Below are positions 28,078-41,601 of a stretch of DNA of 64,000 bases, piece after piece (position 1 is the stretch's first letter; the number at the start of each line of letters is the position of its first letter). A program made the translations under genes and the position numbers. The stretch is taken from positions 3,348,001 to 3,412,000 of the forward strand of contig OZ024743.1 of assembly GCA_964016885.1 (NCBI GenBank). Direction: 5' to 3'. Below the pieces are notes generated by a model, which was given only the letters and a program-made list of their open reading frames with translations, had not been told where the DNA came from and made no database searches. This stretch comes from Eledone cirrhosa. Lineage: Eukaryota.

Positions 28078-28171
28078 GTATATATATATATGTATATATA
28101 TATATGTATGTATATGTATATGTATACATATATATGTATATATATATGTATGTATATATATATATATATAT

Positions 28172-28848
28172 AAACAATTAAGTTAAAAATGTACATCCAC
28201 ATATGTATACTGAAATACTAGTATGCATATGAATACACACACGTATACATATGTAGATGTACCGAGTTTTTCACTGGTCACTTTACCGTGAGTGTCCAGC
28301 TATTCTGTATGTAAACACACAGACAAACCGGTTTTTAGAGTCATACTGGTTTTTGAGGAAACACCTTTCCTCTATTCTCCAGAACCGTCTCCGTTGAACC
28401 GGTACGTACTCACGCTCTATGCAAATTAGTCTGCCCACTACTAATTTTCATAGAAAAAGCATATAACGATATGTGCTTTTACGATTCTCTAGAAAGGCCG
28501 CAAGATAGGTAAATATTGCTGATGAGTTGTAACAACAACGAAACTAGTTCAATATTCCTTGTCTGGCTTTCTGGAGAATAGAGGAAAGGTGTTTCCTCAA
28601 AAACCAGTATGACTCTAAAAACCGGTTTGTCTGTGTGTTTACATACAGAATAGCTGGCCACTCACAGTAAAGTGACCAGTGAAAGACTTGGTACATCTAC
28701 ATATGTATACGTGTGTGTATTCATATGCATACTAGTATTTCAGTATACATATGTGGATGTACATTTTTAACTTAATTGTTTAAGCGTCAGTCATACAAAA
28801 GTGAGTTACAAACGAAACGAAATTTAATTTCGTTTCGTTATTTGTTTT
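28172..28848 (+). mobile_element. TA-embedded fold-back element
   Basis: Arms 28172-28384 and 28569-28781, unpaired ~66-nt tail, TA flanks. Confidence 0.7.
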
Positions 28849-28865
28849 TATATATATATATATGT

Positions 28866-28906
<41 letters not shown>

Positions 28907-29616
28907 TATGTATATGTGTGTGCTTGTATGTATATATATATGTATATGTGTGTGTGAGTGTGTATATATATATATGTATATATATATATGTATATATGTG
29001 TGTGTATATATATATATATGTTTTCCGGGATTTATTTTAACCTACAACATTTTCAACATATGGATTACATTGAGTTCTTCATGCAGACTAGACCCCACAA
29101 CTTACCGTGGATATCTCTGTGTATATGTATATTGAGTACTCTGGTGCGTAAATGGTCCACCCGATACATTACCACACCCTCTTTCATATATATATATCAG
29201 ACCCACCCCCCTCCCGCCCAAATCATTATATTTTTCCATAAACTACCAAAGCACATCTATTTGTTTATGTGCTACAATTTATGTACATGTTATGTTCATC
29301 GCATATTAAAGTTTTTTTTATATCTTGGTTGATATTTGATAATATATGTAAACTTTCATAGTAAATTTTTTTTGTCATAAATTTTTCGCCATATATCACT
29401 ATTCGCCATTTGCTAGTATGTGTATTCAGAGACAGATTTCACAGGTCATGTAATATGACCTGCTTGGACTCAAATTGGATTTTATGACTACTTTTGAGTG
29501 CAAAGAGCTAAACTATTCACAACTAAATTGACCAAATTTGCCCCCCTCCCCATAGTAGTTATTGTTTTAGCCCCAGGTCGCCGTTCGACAAACAAATTGA
29601 AACTAACTGTAACTTA

Positions 29617-29935
29617 ACTTCTTCTTCGCCCATTTATCCCTGAGAGGGTCGTGGAGGAAGAGTCCTCAAACACTACTTCCAGCAGATCCTGTCAGAAGCA
29701 ACCGTCTCCAACTGATCCGGCTGGATCCCCAAGCACGACCAACCAAGCTCGTGGATGTTATCCAACCATCTTGCTCGCGGTCTACCTCTGGGCCTCCTGC
29801 CGGTTGGTTTTGCCCGTAAAATCTGTCCAGCGATTCTTTCCTGAGACATTCTAACCATATGCCCATAATATCGGAGCTGTGATCTCTCAATTCGAAGAAG
29901 TATCGGCTCTACCTGGAGTGACTCTCTCATCTCTG
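29617..29935 (-). mobile_element. RTE-type LINE 3' end, (GAA)n tail
   Basis: IERSQLRYYGHMVRM..GRRPRGRPRARWLDNI..DRICWK. Confidence 0.85.
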
Positions 29936-30466
29936 TAAATTAACGAACTCCTTAAATTTATCTAGGATTACATTTTCCAACGTGTTTTTATTTTATTTTT
30001 TTTATAGATTGTAAGGTGGGATTTGAAAGATACTTGGCTGCTATATATAGTAGATTGAGATACCATGTGAAGGTTCTCTCATTATTAGCAAGTCTCTATA
30101 GTGGGTGGAACCTATGATCGCTCTGCGCGTTATATCATACATATTGGGATTGAACGCACTCGATGGTAAAATCTAACGAAGCAGTCGAATAATTTTAGAG
30201 TTGTTCTCTACCCTACACTTACGCTATTTGTTTATAATTACGTGGACTGGATAGTTTAAACGTTTAAGGTACCGTACGAACTGAAGACTTCTCAAGTGGT
30301 TGAACAGTACACTGGTAACCTATTCCCCAAATATTCGTATTTTATTCATATGTAGGTAGGTTATTTAAAAAGGAAATATCTTTTCTAACATCGAACGTTT
30401 TTACATATGTAATATATCCTATTGAAGCGGAGAGAGATATAGAGATAGATAGATAGAGAGACAGAA

Positions 30467-30537
<71 letters not shown>

Positions 30538-31858
30538 CTTGCTCGCATCTAAAGAAAAATCATGTTTTTGTTGGAATTGAGAATCTATTTCTTCTCTTCC
30601 GCTGTTAATTTTCTTTCCATGTACTGCTTTCCAGTCAGAAGTGAAGTTTATAGAGACCATCCTTTTTTTTCAGTCGATGTAAGCACCGTCGTATAGTTAG
30701 ATATTAAATAGTTATTTTATATGATCAGCCACCAAGATTTAGAAGCTAATAACATTATCGATATTAGGTCTCAAATTGGCTCTAATTGACATTCGACCAG
30801 TAACTATAACATATTTGTTCTTGGTGTAGTGTACGCTAGACCAGTCATGTCAAACTGAGGGTTTCCCGAAGGCCACATGGGTCACATATGTGGTATCTGA
30901 GGGCCACACACGACAACTAATTGCTTACATTACAACTAATTCTTTATATTTTATATTACGAAGATAAAACATGCCGGCGCTGTAAAAACCTTCCATTTTT
31001 TAAAGATAGTAGGATGTGGTATAAGGAATATATGGCTACAATTTCTAGCAAGTCAAGCGACCACACAAAAGATTTCTTTTGGAGTGAGTGATGGTCTGCG
31101 ACGGTGGGTGTCCATTCGAACGACATTTCTGGGTGAGTTTCTTTACTGTTTAACCGCCATTCATTTCCTGTGCATTTGCATGTGTAGATCGAATCAGATT
31201 CTGTACACATTAAACAAACTTTCAGTTGTCTGACAAAGAAATATTGTTAGATGTTTTCTTACTAGTGTAGCCTTACTCTTGCTACCGGATTTACAATTGC
31301 TTCCTTCCTGCCTGTTTCCTTTTACGGAACACTTCATTGTCGATTTCAGAGAAATGTTTGGCATTTCAAAGTATATTGCATATAGTTGGTCATCAGTCGT
31401 CGGTATCTTCTAGCACATCAATTTTTGATCAATTATTGATGCATATCTGATCATCAATTGAACAATTTCGAATTCTATAGATTGTAAGCTTTAGTGTGAA
31501 AACTGTTCTGCTGTCTAAACTGAGTGAAACACCCGTTGGAATCAAGGAGCGACTATTGTCCCTTCGCATTCTTATTTCAAAGAGCCGTTATGTCAAATCA
31601 TTATATATCTATGCACCGATCTAGCTGTCTGATAATCATCCCAACGAATGCCTGCCATTTACTGTATCTTTTACTAAAAACCCACGAGGAGACTTTAATT
31701 CGAGAATAAGGGGAAACAAACAAACTTACGATTGAGTAATTGGAAATTGTGTCGTTGTAAGACTAATTAAAATAATCTTTCAAAATAACTATATCTGACT
31801 TCATACTGAAATCCTTATTTATCTGGTCGTCTGAGTTCCCATTATCTTACAAAACTGC

Positions 31859-31940
31859 CTTTCATCCTTACGGGGTCGATAAAATAAAGTACCAGTAATG
31901 CACTGGGATAATCACTGGCCTTGTGCCAATAGTAGAAACA
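31859..31940 (+). mobile_element. 5'-truncated OR-type SINE
   Basis: Core plus tail; 18-bp TSD attatcttacaaaactgc. Confidence 0.9.
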
Positions 31941-33011
31941 ATTATCTTACAAAACTGCAAAGCATGGGTCGCGTACTATCGCCACACCCAGTGTATTCAG
32001 AAGATCATTTCAGGCATTTGGTGAGGTAGAGTTTTAGGGGCACCGTTGTAGTAGACAGCATGTCTTGGGAAGTTTAAACTTGGCGGAGCCCATCCTCTTT
32101 CTAGGTCTTAACATGGTCGTTTTTCTCCAGAGAAGGAGAGTGCGGAAGTAGGAAAGAGACGCGGAGTAAGAATCGACACCAGTACTAGACTGGTATTTTT
32201 TTATCGACCTCGAAAAGATGCAAAGCAAAGTCGACCGGGATTTGAGCTCAGAGAGCCGGAACGAAGAGTGCAATAGCAACGTTCTAATGAATCTGCCATT
32301 TCACTGTCACATAAATATACATTGTTGAATCAATAGCAGTAGCATTGGATCTACACTATACACGCACCAACTTAGATGGTTTTCACATATAGTGAACATC
32401 TGACTGACTCGCATATTTCCCATAGGATCTTCTATGATCAGATACAGCATCATCAGTATCTGTTTTAAAGACATATGAAGACTTTTAAAAACCAATTAAA
32501 GAAAGACTACATCTAGAAAAGACTTGGAAACGCATTTGGCAGCAAATGGAGAAGTGGGAAGCCTATATGCATGAGAGTATGTAAGTGTATGTGAGAAAAA
32601 GGAGAAACATTACACATGCACATACACTCAACAACGATAACAATAACAACAGCAACATCAACATCAAATATAACAAAATCTACAACACCAACAACGCCAA
32701 GAACAATAAAAGCAGCTACAACAGAATAAGGAAACGGATACGTGGAAAAAGTCCTATAAAATGTCAGAAGCTCGTTATTACTGTTCCCGGAACACACATC
32801 ATGTCAGGGGAAAAGCGGTATGTACTCACTGAAAGAGTTAAACTGGACAAACAAACAAAAATAATAAGAAAAAAAACAAAGATCTGAAGAACTTAAGTGT
32901 ACACACACATGTATATACATACATACATACTATAGATACACACACCCACATAAACATATATGGATACATGTATGTTTATTTATAGAAATTCACGAGTTGA
33001 TGTGTATATAT

Positions 33012-33069
<58 letters not shown>

Positions 33070-33345
33070 CCTACCTACTTGCCTACTTATATATATACAG
33101 CATGTATGCATATACATATATGTATGTATATATATATATATATGTGTGTGTGTGTACGTCTGTGTTTGTGTATGGGTGTGCATAGCATCTGTTCCAAGAA
33201 TTCTGCTATGAAATAGTTTTAATTATTTTCCATAATGGGAATTTGACTGAGATATTCAATGAGTGCCACCAATCAGATGAAAGACACTAAGGCGCCAAGC
33301 CTAGATTTATAGAAACTCCAAACTATCTTAATTCACTTTAATAAT

Positions 33346-33534
33346 TGTTTCTACTTTTGGCACAATGCCAGTAATTATACCAGTGTATTACTGGTACTTT
33401 ATTTTATCGACCCCGTAAGGATGGAAGGCAAAGTTAACCTCGGTGGGATTTGAACTTAGACAATAAAGGGCCGTAACTCTTTGTTTGCAAAGCATAGCGT
33501 CTGACCCTCTACCGATACAGCCAATCCACCGCTC
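33346..33534 (-). mobile_element. OR-type SINE copy
   Basis: Family match; 16-bp TSD aattcactttaataat. Confidence 0.9.
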
Positions 33535-33550
33535 AATTCACTTTAATAAT

Positions 33551-34180
33551 GAGACCTTTAACGGATACCGGTCAGAAGGATGGGGTATTTCTGCAGTAGT
33601 ACCCATTCCCAAGAAAGGTGATCTGAAGATACCAGACAATTATCGTGGAATAATTTTGACACAGGTGGTTGCCAAAATAATCGTCTTATCTTGAACAGAC
33701 TTCGACCAGAAATCGAAAAAATCCTTCGCCCAAACCAAAATGGATTTAAATCATCTAGTTACAGATTATGCCCCCCCCCCCCCCCCCCCACGACATCTAA
33801 TCGAAGAACTAAGAAATCTTCAAAAAGAAGCCGTATTGACCTTTTATAGACTTTCGAAAAGTTTTTGATAGCATTAACCGTGAACTGTATGTTTGAAGTT
33901 TCACTTGCCTACAGTATTATTGTCACACTCGTTAATGGAATCAGAATCATTTACGAAAGCAATCTTGCTACGGTACTGACAGCAGAAGGAGATGCTGACT
34001 TCTTTCGTCACAAGTGTACTTCAAGGCGATCTCCTCGCACCACATTTCTTTATCATCGTACTTGATTATATCCATCGTGTTGCTATTGATTGTTATTGAT
34101 GACTTTACACTTCAAAAGCGTAGAAGCACGAGATATCTGTCGCAACACTTAACAGATATGGAATTCACTGATGACGTAAA
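33551..34180 (+). pseudogene. Decayed LINE reverse transcriptase fragment (RTE-like)
   Basis: W..SAVVPIPKKGDLKIPDNYRGI.L, LRPNQNGF, IDF.K.FDSI, GVLQGD-like motifs with frameshifts. Confidence 0.8.
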
Positions 34181-34249
34181 GACCCGAAACTATATGCCGC
34201 AAAATATTGTCTGACATTCTATCGATACGGCCAATCCACCATAAATAAT

Positions 34250-34416
34250 TGTTTCTACGTTTGGCACAAGGCCAGCAATTACCCAGTGCATTACTAGTAC
34301 TTTATTTTATCGACCCCGTAAGGATCAAAGGCAAAGTTAACCGCGGCGGGATTTGAACTCAGAATGGCAAGGGCCGTAACTCTATACGTCAAAGCATGGC
34401 GTCCGACCCTCTAGCG
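34250..34416 (-). mobile_element. OR-type SINE copy inserted between older SINE remnants
   Basis: Family match; TSD accataaataat. Confidence 0.88.
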
Positions 34417-34512
34417 ACCATAAATAATGGTTTCTGATTTAGGCACAATTGTTAAATTATTAAATTAAATGTTTTTTCTATGTACCCCATCATTTTGACG
34501 GGTGCTATGCTA

Positions 34513-34548
<36 letters not shown>

Positions 34549-34749
34549 TTAGTTATACTATTTATGGTTATGTAAACACAAAACCGTAAGCAGTTGTAAG
34601 TATTTTACACACACCCTAAATAGTGGTAGGCAGTAATGTATTACTACCTTATTACCAGTAAGTTAAGTAGCTCAATGTAAAAACATCAGATGATTTACAG
34701 AGCAGTTATATGAAATATAAGAATCAAAGAACTGTTCAAAACATTATTG

Positions 34750-34796
34750 TGCTTACAGCTGTTTCCTCCAAACCGAGGTTTGGATTCTTCGGAGCA
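34750..34796 (-). ncRNA. Minimal hammerhead ribozyme, CCGAAGA core variant (mirror 38213-38259, plus)
   Basis: tgct-CCGAAGA-a-tccaaacc-tc-ggtttgga-g-GAAA-cagctg-TA-agca. Confidence 0.7.
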
Positions 34797-36239
34797 ATTT
34801 ATTAATGCATGGACAGTTATATGACCTCCTTTTCAGCCGAGAGACATACCAATACATATTCAAACATTGATACATATTCAAACATTGTGGGTCAACATTC
34901 ATTACAAAATTTAGAGTGGCAGCACACACTTCGAGATTACATTTATATTAATAGGTACAATCAAAAATCAAAGATATAGGTTAAAGTACAACATGAAGAT
35001 AAGTGGTTATATAGTGCAAATGTTATATGTGTGGCACGCATGTGCGTCTTGTTTATATAGTGTGGCAGAGAGATATGTGTGGTAGAGGCACTTAGGTAGG
35101 TAAATAAGAGTGTTAGGTTGGTAGATCTGGTGGCAAAGTCTTTATATGATTGATATAGTCTGTGTGTGGAGAAATATTATAAGCATTAAAGATAGTGCAA
35201 GCATTAAAAGTGTTATAAGTATTGGAGATGCACAGCGCAGGGATGTCAAGTAATTCATGTACTTCGGCATTTTCATGGTCAAGGGAGTGTATATTTCGAT
35301 TATATGCCTTTCACATAATCCACGACAATTCAGTTAGAGATCGTAGTCTGGTGTTCATTAGTTCGATACAGGAGGTTGTTACGTTTCGAGAGACGCCATT
35401 GAATACCGGAAGTGTGTGTGTGGCTAAGGGGAGTTAATGCATGCGGGGAGGTAACTCTGGGGTTTCTATATCTAGCCAATAAAATGTGTCCCAATATAGA
35501 CCCTAAATTCTATGGTGAGGTGCACCTTCCAAGAGAGACTTTTAAAGCATAAAGTGTACTAACTATAGAGTAGTTTAACTAAATTATGCTGAAGGTGATC
35601 ATATTATTATTAAGGTGGATTAACCCATCTTAAGGTGCTACAAATGGAAATTATAGATGATGAGCGAGGATTCTAAATTAATGATCTCTGTGGTTGTAGT
35701 CTGCTCGTAAGACCAGGCGCGGTGATTGCAGGATTGCTTCAGGACCCAATGATCTCTGGTAAGATCTGGGTCATCGCTTGCTACATTGGATGTCGAAAGA
35801 TAATCGTCCCCAGGCAGGCCAAAGGTCAATCCGCAGTCCTCGCGACCCCTCTCTGACCGTCAGATCATCCATATACGTACAACCCGCACGGCAGTTGCAT
35901 TGCATTCACTCACTGCGCTCAGCAGCCTGGTCCTACTGGTCAACAGCGCTACTCGATTAAATCATTTTACATCTGTCTAAGGAAGGTGTTTCCTCTGCCC
36001 AACACCATCCAACCGATCAATACATGCTCAAATTACCCTTAGAGCGGTGTAGTGCCGTCCAGGTGGGTGGATGTTGTCACACCTGCCGTAGAGGTATAAA
36101 TGGGTATTTTCCCTGCGAAGGGTTCCAGAGGGATGTCGTTGTTTGTGTTATAATGGATCAGCTAGTGTTGGGTATGTAGTATAGGGTGTGTCTCTGGTGT
36201 TTGATGCTAGATGTGGTGTTAGGTTCCAGTCCGACATTG

Positions 36240-37730
36240 CTATATATAGGGCTTAAAGTTTTGGAAGGAATGTCTGAGGCGGTGCTGGCAAGTTGCAAAC
36301 ACCTCAGATTTTTTGTTAAGTAGGTTACGGTTGGAGAAGATAATATTGTGTGTCTCTAGTATACAGAGGTTACAGAATTTATTAGGTGGTTTGTACGAGG
36401 TCGCGCTGCCTATCACTTCCCATTTGAGTGTGTATGGTTTATTTTTAGATTTTAGATAGTGTATGTAGCTAGAAAGTGAGGTGGAGTTGGCTAGGCTGTG
36501 CTTTTTGAACGAGTGGATGTGCGAGTTATATCTAATTTTGAAGCAGTTAGAAGTGGAGCCTACATAGGTTTCTGAAGAGTTATTAGTCGTGACTGTGCAT
36601 GAGTATATGACATCCTTGGTTAGGCATTTTTTATCTAAAGGGCAGGTTCTATTAGCTCTACAGTTACAATTATTCTGTGCGTTAGTCCGCTGGTTATAAT
36701 GCAATGCGGAAGTCTGTGTGGTGGATATAGGATTTTGGGTGTTCAGGTTGACAACCCTGGTGTTATTACTTATACTAGTGTTATTTCTATTGTTACTGCC
36801 ATTGCTATTGTTGCTTGCTACAGTGGTATTTAGAGGGTTTGCATCCCGTTGTGATTTTGTTTGTTGGAAGTAAGAACTAATTTTACTATTATTGCTGCTA
36901 GCTATGTGGTATGCTAAGTTAGGCGTCGTAGAGTATGAGATTTTAATGGTGTTTTTGTTTAAGAGGTTGTGGTACTTGTGTCCTAGAGGGAAGTTTTTAT
37001 CTAGTAGTGAGAAGAAAGCCCTAGGTATGTTGGTGGAGACATTTAGGTTGAAAGGAGGGTTGAAAAATGTATTATTTCTTCTTCTATTTTTGCTTTTAGT
37101 GTTTGGTGTGTTGCTTCCTCCTAAGGCCTCACAGTAGTTTCCATGGTAATGGTTACTTCCGGTGGCACCCTCGGCTTTGGTGTACTTGTGGTTGCTATTC
37201 CTATTATTAGATTTCCTCATGGACATGTTGTGCGAGATGATGTTGTAGCTATTTGTTTTCTTAGGTAGGAACTCAATTTCTATATTATGGCCGGAGCTAG
37301 CTAATGCTTGATTGTAATATTGTGAGTTTTTGCTAAATATGTTTGCGTCATAGGACAGACTAGAGATTCTATTGGACACCCCCTTAGAGATAGAGTTTAA
37401 TATTGATCTAGGGTGATTAGACTTGGTATCTACGTAAATAAGTTTCTCATTAGGCTTATGGAAGGGTGTATATATTTTTGAGTCTAGGTATAGTGTGGCG
37501 TCTAGGAAGTTAACATTTTTAGTGTTTTTGTCCATGGTGATACTAAGGTTAAAGTTTTTGAATGTCTTATGCAGTTGTTTTCTAGTTCTTTCTATATTAA
37601 ATTTTTTATATTCTATGAGTAGAAGTGCATCATCGCGGTACAAACCACCGTTGAGGTAAGGGAGGTCTTTATGGATTTCATTGAGGAGGTATAGGCCGAC
37701 CAAATCAGTGACCTGCGCCGAGTCACTAGA
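36240..37730 (-). CDS. PLE RT (from motif B) + GIY-YIG endonuclease, 5'-truncated but uninterrupted
   Basis: DSAQVTDLVGLYLL, GLYRDD, NFLDATL, SNHP, FFNPPF, KISYSTTPNL, CNCR..CPL..C, VIYSC..YVGST..FK.R, C.LC..E, LNKKSE. Confidence 0.93.
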   Translation of the reverse strand, partial: SSDSAQVTDLVGLYLLNEIHKDLPYLNGGLYRDDALLLIEYKKFNIERTRKQLHKTFKNFNLSITMDKNTKNVNFLDATLYLDSKIYTPFHKPNEKLIYVDTKSNHPRSILNSISKGVSNRISSLSYDANIFSKNSQYYNQALASSGHNIEIEFLPKKTNSYNIISHNMSMRKSNNRNSNHKYTKAEGATGSNHYHGNYCEALGGSNTPNTKSKNRRRNNTFFNPPFNLNVSTNIPRAFFSLLDKNFPLGHKYHNLLNKNTIKISYSTTPNLAYHIASSNNSKISSYFQQTKSQRDANPLNTTVASNNSNGSNNRNNTSISNNTRVVNLNTQNPISTTQTSALHYNQRTNAQNNCNCRANRTCPLDKKCLTKDVIYSCTVTTNNSSETYVGSTSNCFKIRYNSHIHSFKKHSLANSTSLSSYIHYLKSKNKPYTLKWEVIGSATSYKPPNKFCNLCILETHNIIFSNRNLLNKKSEVFATCQHRLRHSFQNFKPYI

Positions 37731-38342
37731 TCATGAAAATGCCGAAGTACATGAATTACTTGACATCCCTGCGCTGTGCATCTCCAATACTTATAACACT
37801 TTTAATGCTTGCACTATCTTTAATGCTTATAATATTTCTCCACACACAGACTATATCAATCATATAAAGACTTTGCCACCAGATCTACCAACCTAACACT
37901 CTTATTTACCTACCTAAGTGCCTCTACCACACATATCTCTCTGCCACACTATATAAACAAGACGCACATGCGTGCCACACATATAACATTTGCACTATAT
38001 AACCACTTATCTTCATGTTGTACTTTAACCTATATCTTTGATTTTTGATTGTACCTATTAATATAAATGTAATCTCGAAGTGTGTGCTGCCACTCTAAAT
38101 TTTGTAATGAATGTTGACCCACAATGTTTGAATATGTATCAATGTTTGAATATGTATTGGTATGTCTCTCGGCTGAAAAGGAGGTCATATAACTGTCCAT
38201 GCATTAATAAATTGCTCCGAAGAATCCAAACCTCGGTTTGGAGGAAACAGCTGTAAGCACAATAATGTTTTGAACAGTTCTTTGATTCTTATATTTCATA
38301 TATATATATATACAGTTCTCTCTCTCACACACGCACACGCAA

Positions 38343-38385
<43 letters not shown>

Positions 38386-39789
38386 AGTATATATAACTAA
38401 ATATGTCAGGAAATGAATGTTTCAGAAGTTATGGGAAAATTTAATAATTTAAAACACTTGAGACAAGTAACACTTGTATTTTCTTTTTATAACAAGTAGT
38501 TTAGTAAAAAAAGTACAGGAAGCAAGATTGGAAGGGATAGTAACACTGAGTGTTCTCTAATTTCTTGCTTTGTGTCTGTTCAAATTTCAATCAGATCGAT
38601 CCGATTTTAAAAGGTATAATTGTGTGTGCGGTGTCGTAAATATACACCAAGTCCGAACAGGAAGGAACCAAACTCCTACTGTAACTACCCCCGTCTCTTC
38701 CGCTCCCTCCAACTCTCATTATTATGAGCAAATGAGGGCCCACGCGCTGGCCGCCCCGCGGCCCTGGCTGACAGAATTTCAAGTTTCTTCCTCCTCCACA
38801 TTAATGTCAAATGAAGTGCTCTGTTATATCATAGGGAAGGAAAGAACACCGACATAGCGTATAGTTTAAGAATTAGCCAGGTTCCGTGTTCAGTATCAGT
38901 TTTCTAAAATAGGCTGCACTAAAATTTCGAAGAGGTGTATAAAAAATTCGCCTCGAGAATATAAACACATTTTGATATCTTTCCGTAGGCAGAAAAATGT
39001 TGGGATTGTTTTTAAAAATGTTTTTATTTTGAATTGGACATTCATCACAGAACAAGCCTAATTTTCTCTCCATAGAATGACCGATAGCCGTTACAGACCG
39101 TCCAATGGGGGAGATCTCCCACCCACTTTGGGGTGGATGAGAGATGTCTTCTCTTGTAAAAATGGGTATAGCTTTCATTATGTCAAATCTCCCCGTTTTG
39201 CCTAATTTCTACCTGTTTTGGGGAACTTCTTTTCATGGTACTCCCCGTTTGGGTTTTTAGAGGTTGGCATGTCTGCTGTTAACTATTTATATCAAGCACA
39301 AATCAGGACAAAGCTGAAATGGCAACTTGTTCTCTAATGAACTTGCAACAAGACAATCCCAACAGTTAATGAGGTGTTGGTGGTTGTTGGGTAGTTTTGT
39401 TATACCGTTCATATTTTCTAATACGATACGAGTGAGACAGCAATGGAGAAATATTCCCTTACCAAATATAAGTACTTCATTATTTCATTAGCTAACACTG
39501 ATCACATGTTAAACTTGTGAGGGGGAGTAGTAATTCCCAAATTAAGGAATACATTCTTCTGAAGGAACAGCAATTTTGTTTGACTTGATATCGACTTTCT
39601 GGTAGTAAAAATTAACAAGAATAATATTTGTTTGGCTTGCTTGCAAAAAAGTAGTTTTTTATTGGCTTGATAGTGAAATTATTCGCGTAAGGATAACCTT
39701 TGTGTCATAAGGTTCGTGTAAAAATATATTCTTCCTCAGGCGGAACTTATTTTTTAATATATAAATGGGTAATAATATATTAAATCTGT

Positions 39790-40235
39790 TAATACAAAAA
39801 TAAAACACACTATTAAAGGGAACAAAAAAAAAAAGGAAAAGAAGAAAAAAGAATTAATCAACGAAAGAACGGGAGAGGAGCGGGACAGACACTACACCCC
39901 AGTCTGAGCGGTGTTTCAGCCGGATCCCGTGGACAAGATGGCAAAGGCATTACCGCGGAGAATGGTCAGAGACACACCACGCTGCAACAGCCATCCCACC
40001 TCACGCGGCTCCTTCCTCAAGCGGGCTGTTGTCTTTCTGATTTTAAGGAGGGAATCAGCTGTGCGGGGACTAAAGACACAAGTGATCTTGACGGAGACCG
40101 GTAAAAAGAGGAAGTGTCGGTTAGGCCTCAGTATTTAACTATCTTCTTCTCCTCTGCATCACGAGCAGCGGATCCCGGGTTTGTGGCCGAAGCGACAAGG
40201 TTGTGGGACTGGATTCAACTGTTTTGCTGTTTGAA
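39790..40235 (-). mobile_element. CRE-clade LINE 3' fragment
   Basis: Reverse complement encodes ..RKEPREVGWLLQR..LTILRGNAFAIL; A-rich tail. Confidence 0.8.
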
Positions 40236-40429
40236 TCCACTGGTACAGGCATATGCTTGAAGGCTTCAAGCTTAATTTTTTTTTTTTTGCATGGAAGTTG
40301 ACCAACACCAGTAACACTGTGTGTGTATGTGAGTGAGAGTGCGTGTTTATGTTTGTCTGTGGCATATTGAAAACACGACTGCTCCAGTTTAATCATTTTT
40401 TTCGTATTTCCTATTAGTTCTTTATGCTT

Positions 40430-40670
40430 AGGTGTTGGACTTAGAGTCATAATGTCGATTCCTGGACTGGGTTGCGTGTTGTGTTCTTGAGCAAAACACT
40501 TCATTTCACGTTGCTCCAGTATATTCAGCTGAAAATGAGTACCAGCAACAGCTAGGGGTTTAACCCTGCGATGGACTGGCGTCTTGTCCAGGAGGAAGTC
40601 TTGTACTCTCAATCGCTTCACGCCATGAAACCGACCTAAGGAGCCGTCTGTCTTAAGACAAACGTTAGAT
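40430..40670 (+). mobile_element. SINE (second family, gtgt.cttgagcaa.acact core)
   Basis: Core shared with 53602-53950. Confidence 0.6.
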
Positions 40671-41462
40671 TTAAATCTTTATGCTTAGTTTGGAACATTA
40701 GCGTTCCTAAATCCATCTGTGTTTTGATGTTCGAGGCCTTCGCAAATTGATCTTCAAAATCAGAATAGTTAGAACAGTGGCCGTAACAGATCACGAGAAT
40801 GATACGAAATCATGAACATTTCTTATCGGTTAAAACAGGGCAGTTATAAATGTTTTCAAGTATGCTATATCTCTGTTAATTTTTGGTTTATATTTTGATA
40901 TCAGTAAAACCTCCATAATTTACTTTGTTTTAAGTGGAATCATGTTAAGTATTTCTGTTTAATTTTGTTCCACTTGTTGTATGAAGATGCAATGCGATGG
41001 CTCTTTATGATAAGTGCATGGTTAACCAACGGAAAATTGTGACGGATCTAACAATTTTGGTCATGAAATTCACAACGTTCATGGTTGCGTCGAGATTTAT
41101 ATATCACGTTGTTCATTTGCAGTGTTTCTGTGGCTTACCAGTCTGTGGTTTCTTGATGAGGTTTTTTTTCTATTGTGGTATTTTTGTGGTATATTCTAAC
41201 CACGTGTGTGTGGTTAGGATCGATGTATGTTGTGGTTTGTACTTTTAGTTTTTAATGACGTGTTAATCCAATTTGGTTCTTGTAGTATACGAAATATATG
41301 TGATTTATATAATTGTTCTGGGTACTGCTTCTGTTGTATCAGTGTGAATAAATTGGTTCTATGTCATAGTCTAATAATGTATTAGGATATCCATTGTTAA
41401 CTAATGTGTTTGCTTATTTAAATCGTTGTTAGTGGATAAGTTTGTCTAATGAGGGTTTTAAC

Positions 41463-41601
41463 CAGTGCCGGATTTAGGACAAATGCTAGTTAAGTTATGA
41501 GGCCCCTTATTTGGGCCCTAAAAGAGGTAACACATTTTTTTGGCAAGAAGATGTAGCCCTGTGCTTAAGTACACATAAGCACAATGGTAAATCCGGCGCT
41601 G
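41463..41601. mobile_element. hAT-type MITE
   Basis: TIR cagtgccggattta/taaatccggcgctg; perfect 8-bp TSD gttttaac. Confidence 0.85.

Larger units (their letters stand above)
34545..38302 (-). mobile_element. Penelope-like retroelement 4 (Naiad/Nematis-like) with ~570-bp inverted pLTR
   Basis: Arms 34707-35277 and 37732-38302; unpaired tail 34545-34706; TA flanks. Confidence 0.92.

Noticed and set aside
30842-30915. hAT element starting cagtcatgtcaaact
   Set aside because: Only one terminus found; the same applies to the TIR-like ggttggcatgtctg at ~39262-39275.
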